15,303 bases of DNA from Candidatus Hodarchaeota archaeon. GTDB lineage: Archaea; Asgardarchaeota; Heimdallarchaeia; Hodarchaeales; Hodarchaeaceae. The stretch covers positions 1 through 15,303 of the forward strand of contig JAEOTC010000057.1 in NCBI GenBank assembly GCA_016840035.1. The letters are read 5' to 3'. Made by a program: the position numbers and the translations under genes. Under the pieces are notes generated by a model. The model had not been told where the DNA came from and searched no databases. It saw nothing but the letters and a program-made list of their open reading frames with translations. This document shows positions 7,444 to 14,640 of this stretch, piece by piece (position 1 is the stretch's first letter; each line of letters starts with the position of its first letter).

Positions 7444-8291
7444 GGTACAGAATGCTTTTTATACTGAATAACAATCTCATGGACTAATGTATAGAAATTT
7501 TGAAGTTCCTTCTTAGAGGGAATATAATTTGCATGTGCGATACGATTACGAATGTGATTTAAACGCATTAATGGTTGTTTGTAATCTGTGAGTCGAAGCT
7601 GAATAAGAACCTGATCGAGGCCATCACGAAAATTCCCATCCAGCCCAAGAAGCTCCCGCATAGCCGAATGAGCATAAGTCACAAAAGATTGTTTGTCTTT
7701 TTGGTTTGAAGATACTTTATTTCCTTCAAAACACTCTAACATCATTTTCCATGGATTATGGAAAGATGGTGGGAGGATCTTCTCGGGAGATTGCGGTTCC
7801 AAGAGAGTGTTGGAATCCTGAATATCTGCATGAACTTCTTTTATCCCAGGAGGAATCTGGAGATTGGCCAAGACGTGTCGAGAGGATTGCTGAAACATTG
7901 AAGAAAAATTTGAGTTATCAGGAATAACCTCCTGAGCCTTAGTAAGAAAGTAAGTAGCATAAATAAAATCCTCCTGCGAAAGAAAAGCATTGATTACCTG
8001 ATCCCAAGTGGATAATTCCAAAGGTTGAATTTGAACCGCTTTCCAAAAAACTGAAACTGCTCTGGTCGAATATCCTTCTTCCAAGAGTATATTCCCGCGT
8101 AAGAGCCAAAAATCAATAATTAAGTCAGGATTGTCAGAACATAAATCCATGAGTAAAGCTGTGAGTTGAGTTTCTGTGGAAACATCATCTACATTCAATA
8201 ATTGTTCTACAAGTGGGATTAAATCTGTCGCGTTGGGATGACTCTCTAGACTCGCAATAAAAGTGGAGATCCGAGTAGTTATGGAGCTCAT
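7440..8291 (-). CDS. TPR-repeat protein with C-terminal HEPN-like (DUF4145/Swt1-type) domain
   Basis: TPR consensus WLLRGNILLEEGYSTRAVSVFWKAVQIQP plus a second repeat; C-terminal helical domain with LNHIRNRIAH (R-X4-H, nt 7533-7550). Confidence 0.65.
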   Translation of the reverse strand: MSSITTRISTFIASLESHPNATDLIPLVEQLLNVDDVSTETQLTALLMDLCSDNPDLIIDFWLLRGNILLEEGYSTRAVSVFWKAVQIQPLELSTWDQVINAFLSQEDFIYATYFLTKAQEVIPDNSNFSSMFQQSSRHVLANLQIPPGIKEVHADIQDSNTLLEPQSPEKILPPSFHNPWKMMLECFEGNKVSSNQKDKQSFVTYAHSAMRELLGLDGNFRDGLDQVLIQLRLTDYKQPLMRLNHIRNRIAHANYIPSKKELQNFYTLVHEIVIQYKKHSVP

Positions 8292-8404
8292 ACTATCGTC
8301 ATATAGTATCTCTCCCCTTCATTTATAATCACCAAATTACATCACTAAGAACCCCCAATACAAATCAATGCATCAGTAATAACTTTTGGATGACTAAGAA
8401 AACA

Positions 8405-9358
8405 TCATTTCTTCGGTTTTGCTAACCTATTTCGTTTTTCATCAAAATAATCTACATAATTCGAACCAAGAATGAGTCGAAGCTGTGGGTGGTATTCTGG
8501 ATTCCTCTTCTGGATCCATCGGAAGGTATGTTTTAAGGTCCAAATAAGATAATATTGATCATCTCCAAGGATTTTCTTTGGGAGAGAGGCAAGGTTATGC
8601 ACTACGTCAATATTATATTCCTTAATCCAATTGCTAGCAATTAATAGAATTTTTTCAGGCATATACTTCGTTAAATCTTTAAGATTATTACCAACAGAAG
8701 TACGGACGTAAATAGACGGATCACATTTCAGTTGTGATAATAAGTGCAAAATTTGATCATTTTTGGAGGGATCTCGTAACCATTTAATATCTGCTAAAGG
8801 TCTGAGACTTTCTGAAACTATTCGACGGATATTCTCGGAAGAGGATGTACTCCAAGTTTGAAGTAAACTCAGTATTTGGTCAGATTGAACCTTTAAACCC
8901 TTCCGAATAATGTATCCTACAGTTTCTCGTATTTCCCATTCGGGGTGATCGGCCCAGAATAATGTTTGGTTCATAATCCTCTGGAATAAGTCTTTAGAAA
9001 AAGAACTAACCTCCCCAGCCAATACTAGGCAAAAATAGTGAAGGAAAAGCTTTTTCTGGTTCTCAGCATATTCAAACAAGGCCAGTAGAGAGGTAAATAG
9101 ATTCTCTTCGCTACGTTGAGTGATAAGAGATGCAATTCCTTGAGCAGTTACTTTCGCGATAAAAAATTGTCCTTTTCCGATTCGTTCCTTTTCAGGAATG
9201 GTTTGATATTCATGTAGAAGGAATCGATGGAGTTTTTCATAATCAGGCTCAGATAATAAGTCTCCCTGCCAGAGATTCTTATTGATCCAAAACTCCTGAG
9301 CTCGTTTTCTGAGTACTTTTTGAGAATGACTAGAGACCAAGAGAAAAACACTGTTCAA
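8405..9358 (-). CDS. HEAT-like repeat DNA alkylation repair protein (AlkC/AlkD-like)
   Basis: WEIRE, WS.S.SENIRR..SESLRP and L.QLK.DPS.YVR.SVGNNLKDLTK..PE are typical of this family; TTG start. Confidence 0.75.
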   Translation of the reverse strand: MNSVFLLVSSHSQKVLRKRAQEFWINKNLWQGDLLSEPDYEKLHRFLLHEYQTIPEKERIGKGQFFIAKVTAQGIASLITQRSEENLFTSLLALFEYAENQKKLFLHYFCLVLAGEVSSFSKDLFQRIMNQTLFWADHPEWEIRETVGYIIRKGLKVQSDQILSLLQTWSTSSSENIRRIVSESLRPLADIKWLRDPSKNDQILHLLSQLKCDPSIYVRTSVGNNLKDLTKYMPEKILLIASNWIKEYNIDVVHNLASLPKKILGDDQYYLIWTLKHTFRWIQKRNPEYHPQLRLILGSNYVDYFDEKRNRLAKPKK

Positions 9359-9408
9359 GAAGTGAGACGAAAAATAGTTTTAAGAATTGGGAGAAAGAAG
9401 ATACAGTC

Positions 9409-9422
9409 TTTGACTAGTCAAA
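9409..9422. promoter_or_regulatory. Perfect 14-bp palindrome, candidate operator
   Basis: TTTGACTAGTCAAA in the 84-bp divergent intergenic region, 20 nt upstream of the aldo/keto reductase ATG. Confidence 0.45.
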
Positions 9423-9442
9423 TGTAGAGAAAGGAAAGAACA

Positions 9443-10336
9443 ATGGAAAAACGTCAATTTGGAAAAACAGGGTATCAAGCTTCGGTCCTCACACTCGGTG
9501 GATGTGCGTTGGGATGGTTACATGAACAGGAGGAGAGTCTAGAACGAGCGCAAGAAGTAGCAGATAGTGCTGTGAAACTAGCATTAGATGCAGGTATTAA
9601 TATCATTGACGTAGCTCCATCATACGGAGAAGCTGAGGTGCGATTATATCCCTGGATTCAAAAATATCGTAATAAGTTATTTCTAGCAGATAAAACCATG
9701 GAAAGAACCAAAGAAGGAGCATGGAAAGAACTTCAACGCTCATTGAAGCGACTTGGAACAGATACATTCGATCTCTATCAATTTCATGCTGTTAAAGATA
9801 TGAACGAACTCAATACCATTCTAGGAAAAGGGGGGGCATTAGAAGCAGTAAAAGACGCGAAAGAAACAGGACTAATAAAATATATAGGAATTACAGGACA
9901 TGATGATGCTCGGGTACTCATCAATGCAATTGAACGATTCGATGACTTTGCCACTGTTTTATTCCCAGTCAATGTCGCTTCAAAGGTTCAGTCTCATGTA
10001 GTGAATGATTATAGTCCTTTGTTAAAGCTCGCACAAAAGCGAGATATTGGAGTCACAGCAATAAAAGCTATTCTCAAGAGAAGATGGGTAGGAGAAGAAA
10101 AATATCATACGTGGTATGAACCATTAGAGGAGGAAACGTGGATTAAGCGTACCGTGTGGTTTACCCTATCGCAAGAAGGAGTAACTACATATTCCCTTCC
10201 ATGTGATTTACGTTTGTGGCCAAAGGTAATTGAGGCTGGAAAGCAGTTTCGAGGGTTGAGTACCACTGAACAGGAGAATATAATTCAGGAAGCAAAGGAC
10301 GCACAAATAACTCCACTATTTCCAGTTAAAAATTAA
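9443..10336 (+). CDS. Aldo/keto reductase
   Basis: MEKRQFGKTG..S.L.LGG, catalytic D..Y (IDVAPSYG.AE), K (LADKT), SLKRLGTD.FDLYQFH and G.IKYIGITGH. Confidence 0.93.
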   Translation: MEKRQFGKTGYQASVLTLGGCALGWLHEQEESLERAQEVADSAVKLALDAGINIIDVAPSYGEAEVRLYPWIQKYRNKLFLADKTMERTKEGAWKELQRSLKRLGTDTFDLYQFHAVKDMNELNTILGKGGALEAVKDAKETGLIKYIGITGHDDARVLINAIERFDDFATVLFPVNVASKVQSHVVNDYSPLLKLAQKRDIGVTAIKAILKRRWVGEEKYHTWYEPLEEETWIKRTVWFTLSQEGVTTYSLPCDLRLWPKVIEAGKQFRGLSTTEQENIIQEAKDAQITPLFPVKN

Positions 10337-10337
10337 G

Positions 10338-10376
10338 AGAAAGAAGTAACGCCCCTCAGGCCCACGTTACTCTTTC
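10338..10376. repeat. 39-bp hairpin repeat, copy 1
   Basis: AGAAAGAAGTAACG-CCCCTCAGGCCCA-CGTTACTCTTTC; 35/39 identical to 14014-14052, same orientation. Confidence 0.9.
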
Positions 10377-10401
10377 TAAGGTATTATTTAAGGAATTAAA
10401 A

Positions 10402-11349
10402 CTATTTTTTGCGTTTACGGTAGTATAGGACCGCCGTTGAAAGGATGATTGCGACTATACCAAATCCGCTGTTCCCCTGGTCTGTCGTCGTGGTAGTTGA
10501 GGGTTCTCCATCAGTTGTAGTTATTGTGGTAGTAGTTGTTGTAGTTGGATGGACTATCTCATCACCAATCACCGTGATATTATCAACTCGAGTTCCTCCA
10601 TGGGAATTTAGTTGGAAGAAGAATTCATCCGTTGGAAGACCCCAGTTAAAATTTTCGTGAGGATCAGAATCAGTGACTTCAATCCTAAGTACTCCATCTA
10701 GATATAATTTGAGAGAATTATAATCTCGTGTCACATTGATATGATACCACGAATTATTCTGAATAGCAGTAGATTCATAGAGACCGAGGACAGTTCCACT
10801 CCAAGTAGAAGTGTATTTTTCAATACTAATAAAGGGAAGTCCTGTAACAGAACCATAATCCTCAGGATTATGACTGAAAGGAATAATAGAAACCCGATAC
10901 CCATACCGAAAACTTGTGTGACTAATAGGACTAGTTGGATGGATGATGGTTTTAGTAATAAAAGCAGCACCACATGGTTGGTGACCAGGATACATGTCCC
11001 AACTCCAAGAACCATTAGCAACGGTAGTACTTCGCCAAAGACGCGTGTAATTATATTGCCAACCTGGTATATCATCTATCCAATCATGCCAAGGTGATCC
11101 CTTACTAGTAAAGACTAGCTGCCCCTCATTATTAACTTCAACTCCTGTTTCTGTATCTGCATACCACCATCTAGGATCATCTTGGTGAATACAGGAAAGA
11201 GTCCATCCATCAAAATTTCCATCATCAAAATTCTCTTCCCAAACAACCTCTAAACTATATCCATTTATTAAACCTAATTGAATGGTCAATAGAATGAGAA
11301 TATATAAGCTTAGGAAGGAAATAACCTGTTTTATAAGTTTATTCTCCAT
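10402..11349 (-). CDS. Secreted ConA-like lectin/LamG-type beta-sandwich protein with Thr-rich linker and C-terminal membrane anchor (CTERM-like)
   Basis: N-terminal hydrophobic signal; WEENFDDG.FDGW, WYHINVTR...LKLYLDG and RVDNITV; poly-Thr linker; SGF-TM-RKRKK tail. ATG 11349 is preferred because the SD-like GAGGTGA lies 8 nt upstream. Confidence 0.72.
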   Translation of the reverse strand: MENKLIKQVISFLSLYILILLTIQLGLINGYSLEVVWEENFDDGNFDGWTLSCIHQDDPRWWYADTETGVEVNNEGQLVFTSKGSPWHDWIDDIPGWQYNYTRLWRSTTVANGSWSWDMYPGHQPCGAAFITKTIIHPTSPISHTSFRYGYRVSIIPFSHNPEDYGSVTGLPFISIEKYTSTWSGTVLGLYESTAIQNNSWYHINVTRDYNSLKLYLDGVLRIEVTDSDPHENFNWGLPTDEFFFQLNSHGGTRVDNITVIGDEIVHPTTTTTTTITTTDGEPSTTTTTDQGNSGFGIVAIILSTAVLYYRKRKK

Positions 11350-11378
11350 TTTTCTTCTCACCTCAAGATAAAATAAAG

Positions 11379-11454
11379 TTAGTATATCAAAAATATATAA
11401 GATATACTAAACTTACTAAGTTTACTAAAGTTAGCAAGAAACCTTATAAGGTTT
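11379..11454. promoter_or_regulatory. Divergent promoter with inverted repeats, 9-bp periodic repeats and a 16-bp palindrome
   Basis: TTAGTATATC(11379-88)/GATATACTAA(11401-10) flank a minus-strand TTATATAT. TACTAA occurs at 11405, 11414 and 11423. AAACCTTATAAGGTTT (11439-54) is centred on TTATAA. Confidence 0.7.
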
Positions 11455-11472
11455 GCTAGTTTCAAGAATCAT

Positions 11473-11949
11473 ATGTTCTTTATGCCCCGAAAGTTGAAAT
11501 ATCCCACAGAAAAACAATTAGAAATCTGGAAACTAAAAAGGGATAAGCTAAAAGGCAAGGAAATCGCAAAACAAAAAGCTGTAACCACAGGCTTTGTAAG
11601 TAAAACGTTGATAGATGCCAATGAACGAATTCGTGGTCTCCTCGAAAATGCTGCATATATGAATAAAATAACATTGGAAGTCTTAAGTGAAGAAGTAGGA
11701 TTTGCTCGGGGTCAAAGCCACATGCTTGGAGGAATCCAGTGTTATATCACATTTTCACCGCAAAATGGTGTGCAAGTTTGGTATGAACATAAAGGTGAGT
11801 GTGTGAATTGTGAAAAATATACTATGTGCCGGGATATCTTAATACAGGAATTTAAAGAGAGAAATATACACCTCAATAATCCTCAACTCCGGCCTACAGA
11901 CTTAACCGAAGTATTATTTCAGCATCTTGAGGAGAAGGTTAAAGGATGA
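11473..11949 (+). CDS. HTH transcriptional regulator with C-terminal H-x3-C-x2-C-x5-C putative metal site
   Basis: PTEKQLEIW.L....LKGKEIA....VT.GFVSKTL..A..RI resembles a sigma70-r4/LuxR-like HTH; the C-terminal part has WYEHKGECVNCEKYTMC. Confidence 0.7.
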   Translation: MFFMPRKLKYPTEKQLEIWKLKRDKLKGKEIAKQKAVTTGFVSKTLIDANERIRGLLENAAYMNKITLEVLSEEVGFARGQSHMLGGIQCYITFSPQNGVQVWYEHKGECVNCEKYTMCRDILIQEFKERNIHLNNPQLRPTDLTEVLFQHLEEKVKG

Positions 11950-12932
11950 CTACAATCTTACCTACAAAAGAAAAGAAACCAGAAGAAAAAACAAAACCAT
12001 TCTGTTTAGAACAACCTAAACATGAAAGAGAATACTCTATTAAAGCAATGTTATTATTAGCAGTTATTCTTATTCTATCAATTCGCTTAATTCCCCCACC
12101 AGTGCCCATAAGTAACGATTGGACAGAAGATTTTGAGGATGGAACCATTGACGGGTGGGCCCTCACAACCATACATTCTGATGAGAGAGGATGGTATGCT
12201 ATGACAACTAACGGAGGACAAGTTATGGATGGTGAGTTTCATTTCACGGAAGGAACAGCATACTATCATTTTATAGAGACCAATGAATTTTATAATTATA
12301 CTCGCTTAACTCACCCCAGTACGATTGTCAAGGAAGCGACGTGGAGTTTTGACTGTTATTCAGGAAATACTGCAACTTCAGTCAGTATTATAGGAGAAGT
12401 AGCATATGATATCGCAACTAGCAAATTAAATATCACAAATGAAAGATATGCTTACAGGTTGACGATCTTTGCACTTCCCCATAATGCGACAACACCTGAA
12501 GAATTCAAAGATCACTTCTTCACAGAACCAGAGGTTGTAATTACAGGAAAACCATTTATCGGAATTAATAAACACTACGCATTCGGAAAACGGAGTTTTG
12601 TAGCAATTTATGAATCAGAATCAATATCCCCAGATGATTGGTATCACATTACCATCACCCGTAAAGCTGATCTCTTTCAAGTATTTTTAGATGAGATTTT
12701 AATAATCAGCTTTAATGATCCCGAACCTCTTGATACCTATTGGAGTTTAGAGGATAGGGATTACCAGTTCTGTTTCGGATCACACGGGGGAGCACGAGTG
12801 GATAATATATCAGTTACCGAAAATGGAGGCTCAAACGGTTCAAATGGTACCCCTAGTCTAGATATTTCATCATTAGTAGTAGGATTATGTATAATGATCA
12901 TAATAAGACGTAAAAAGAAATTATTTGGATAA
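11946..12932 (+). CDS. ConA-like/LamG-type membrane-anchored surface protein, paralog of 10402-11349
   Basis: Hydrophobic segment at aa ~33-49; WTEDFEDG.IDGW, YNYTRL, WYHITITR..FQVFLD and SHGGARVDNISV; C-terminal TP-TM-RRKKK. ATGA overlap with the regulator. Confidence 0.72.
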   Translation: MTTILPTKEKKPEEKTKPFCLEQPKHEREYSIKAMLLLAVILILSIRLIPPPVPISNDWTEDFEDGTIDGWALTTIHSDERGWYAMTTNGGQVMDGEFHFTEGTAYYHFIETNEFYNYTRLTHPSTIVKEATWSFDCYSGNTATSVSIIGEVAYDIATSKLNITNERYAYRLTIFALPHNATTPEEFKDHFFTEPEVVITGKPFIGINKHYAFGKRSFVAIYESESISPDDWYHITITRKADLFQVFLDEILIISFNDPEPLDTYWSLEDRDYQFCFGSHGGARVDNISVTENGGSNGSNGTPSLDISSLVVGLCIMIIIRRKKKLFG

Positions 12933-12940
12933 TGGAAAGA

Positions 12941-12968
12941 TCTCTCTCTTATGGAGGGGGAGAAAAAA
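12941..12968. terminator. Candidate terminator between convergent genes
   Basis: TCTCTCTCT-TATGG-AGGGGGAGA can pair with G-U wobbles on the + strand; the following A-run reads as a T-run on the minus strand. Confidence 0.35.
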
Positions 12969-12982
12969 GGAGAGATTAACCC

Positions 12983-13900
12983 TCAGGTCGTAAAAGAAAT
13001 TGATCCAGTGGTAGTTTGAAGATTAAAAACATACTTCAGCAAAGCTGTAGCAAAACTATCCGAAGTAAAGGAGCTACCCCCTCCTGGAAGGTCAATATTT
13101 CCAGTAGTGATTTCTGTAGATACTTGGATGCCAGTAGTCTGTTCCAGATCTGCTAGTACATCAACACTCCCAGTCGTACATTCAAGGTTAAAGATGTGGG
13201 TGGTTACTCCGGTTAAATTCCTTGGCACATTTTCCGTTAGATCTAGATCAAGAGATCCAGTCGTGCTTGAAATCGACCAGGTAGTGGCAGAAGCATATTG
13301 AAGATTGGTTAAGATAGCAACCTGTTCTCCAGTTGTGGTTTTAACAGTAGGAGAGGAATCAGAAATTAAAACCTCAGACATTGTAAGAGAGATTGAGCCT
13401 GTAGTCGCTTCTAGGTAAAAAGCAGAAATTTCCACTGTAGAATCAGAAAAATCGGCTGTAACCTCACCAGTGGTAGTAACACAATTAATATTCAAAGAAA
13501 TGTTATTCCCTATATTTATTGTGAGAATATATTTGTAATCTACTCGAATATTATCATCTGCAGAATCAAACGCGATTCTCATTGTATCTGTATCGATTTC
13601 AGACGAAGATACTTCTTGAGCTTCTGCTAAAGTCCCCCCTGACCCTTCACGAATAAAAACAGCAGTAACAACATCAACAAGATAAGTCGCAGTGGGGATG
13701 ACATTAAGGTGAATCGCGCCCACATTTAAATCAATATCCACAATCAGTGTTGAATAAGTCGATTTAGCAATAGTAACAGGATCTTTCTCCCCCGCAGGTT
13801 CATATTTCGCTGGGAAGAAATCAGTGCAACCACTTAATGTAAGTAAGAATAAAAGACAACTTAGAATCAGAGTAAATTTAAATTTGGATAAGTTAGACAT
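12983..13900 (-). CDS. Putative lipoprotein with DUF4097/adhesin-like beta-strand repeats
   Basis: Signal peptide ending in lipobox LSGC (Cys25); seven xTTG(S/E/N)x repeats; SD-like GGAGGT upstream. Confidence 0.72.
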   Translation of the reverse strand: MSNLSKFKFTLILSCLLFLLTLSGCTDFFPAKYEPAGEKDPVTIAKSTYSTLIVDIDLNVGAIHLNVIPTATYLVDVVTAVFIREGSGGTLAEAQEVSSSEIDTDTMRIAFDSADDNIRVDYKYILTINIGNNISLNINCVTTTGEVTADFSDSTVEISAFYLEATTGSISLTMSEVLISDSSPTVKTTTGEQVAILTNLQYASATTWSISSTTGSLDLDLTENVPRNLTGVTTHIFNLECTTGSVDVLADLEQTTGIQVSTEITTGNIDLPGGGSSFTSDSFATALLKYVFNLQTTTGSISFTT

Positions 13901-14013
13901 TCATATACCTCCAAAGAAGATTGGAAAGAGTTCCATCACTTATAGGAATCGATTGTATATAATCCTTGCGAATAGTGACCTAAATACAATGATTGAAAAT
14001 TGAATAGAAAAAA

Positions 14014-14052
14014 AGAAAGAAGTAACGCCCCTCATAACAACGTTACTCTTTC
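14014..14052. repeat. 39-bp hairpin repeat, copy 2
   Basis: AGAAAGAAGTAACG-CCCCTCATAACAA-CGTTACTCTTTC; on the minus strand it runs into a T-tract, 13 nt after the wHTH gene stop. Confidence 0.9.
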
Positions 14053-14065
14053 AAACAGTAGCTAC

Positions 14066-14608
14066 TTACGGTCGCATTCGCCACATACGAATGGATTCAG
14101 AAATAAAGGCAAAAATGCCAGCAATCAAAATAAATAGAATGATCCAATTGAAAGGATCCGTGATAAACGCATCCCCACGCTCAATTGCCACAAAAGCAAA
14201 ACAGAGAATACCAAAAAGGAAGAGAATCAGATAGAGAGAAAAACGAGGAATCATACGATATCCAACTCGAACATAAAAACCAAGAATACCTGATTTAATT
14301 TCCGCCTTGATTCGATATCGATCAGTTTCGAGATCCTTTGCGACCACTCCCGCGGTTTCTAACTTGGAAAGTTGATAGGTTACAGTTCCAGGGGAGGCAA
14401 AATCTAACGCACGCTGAATTTCACGAATACTGGCCCCCTCATGAGTGAGAAGGTACCAATATACCTGGATTGTTTTTCCCTGTAGAATTTCTTTATCTAT
14501 TGGAGTCTGGGATAGACCAATCGATCTGATACGAAAACGAAGGTAGGAGAAAATCCGCGAAAGGAAAGATTTACCTAGAATCGTCTTCGAATCCTCGGAA
14601 GTTTTCAC
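14066..14608 (-). CDS. Winged-helix transcriptional regulator with two C-terminal transmembrane helices
   Basis: LQGKTIQVYWYLL....ASIREIQRALDFASPGTVTYQLSKL...GVV (ArsR-like wHTH), followed by FSLYLILFLFGILCFAFV and WIILFILIAGIFAFI. Start uncertain. Confidence 0.8.
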   Translation of the reverse strand: MKTSEDSKTILGKSFLSRIFSYLRFRIRSIGLSQTPIDKEILQGKTIQVYWYLLTHEGASIREIQRALDFASPGTVTYQLSKLETAGVVAKDLETDRYRIKAEIKSGILGFYVRVGYRMIPRFSLYLILFLFGILCFAFVAIERGDAFITDPFNWIILFILIAGIFAFISESIRMWRMRP

Positions 14609-14640
14609 TTCCGCAATCTCGTGCGAAGGATCTTTAATTA

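Noticed and set aside
10482-10548. GTT/GTA/GTC triplet low-complexity tract
   Set aside because: It simply encodes the Thr-rich linker on the minus strand; mixed codons argue against a slippage repeat.
71-13301. Small antisense or overlapping ORFs in the track (e.g. 71-349, 3591-3902, 6385-6603, 6977-7336, 10731-11075, 10741-11097, 13107-13301)
   Set aside because: They are shadows of well-supported genes with no recognisable motifs; 6385-6603 is antisense to the real uS14.
10338-14052. 39-bp repeats as CRISPR repeats or canonical integron attC sites
   Set aside because: There are only two copies, 3.7 kb apart, with no spacers or cas genes. Despite AAC...GTT cores they lack the RYYYAAC/GTTRRRY consensus and are shorter than attC sites.
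14014-14052. Hairpin as a SECIS element
   Set aside because: No adjacent gene shows an in-frame UGA at a plausible Sec position, and the hairpin is not a convincing SECIS fold.
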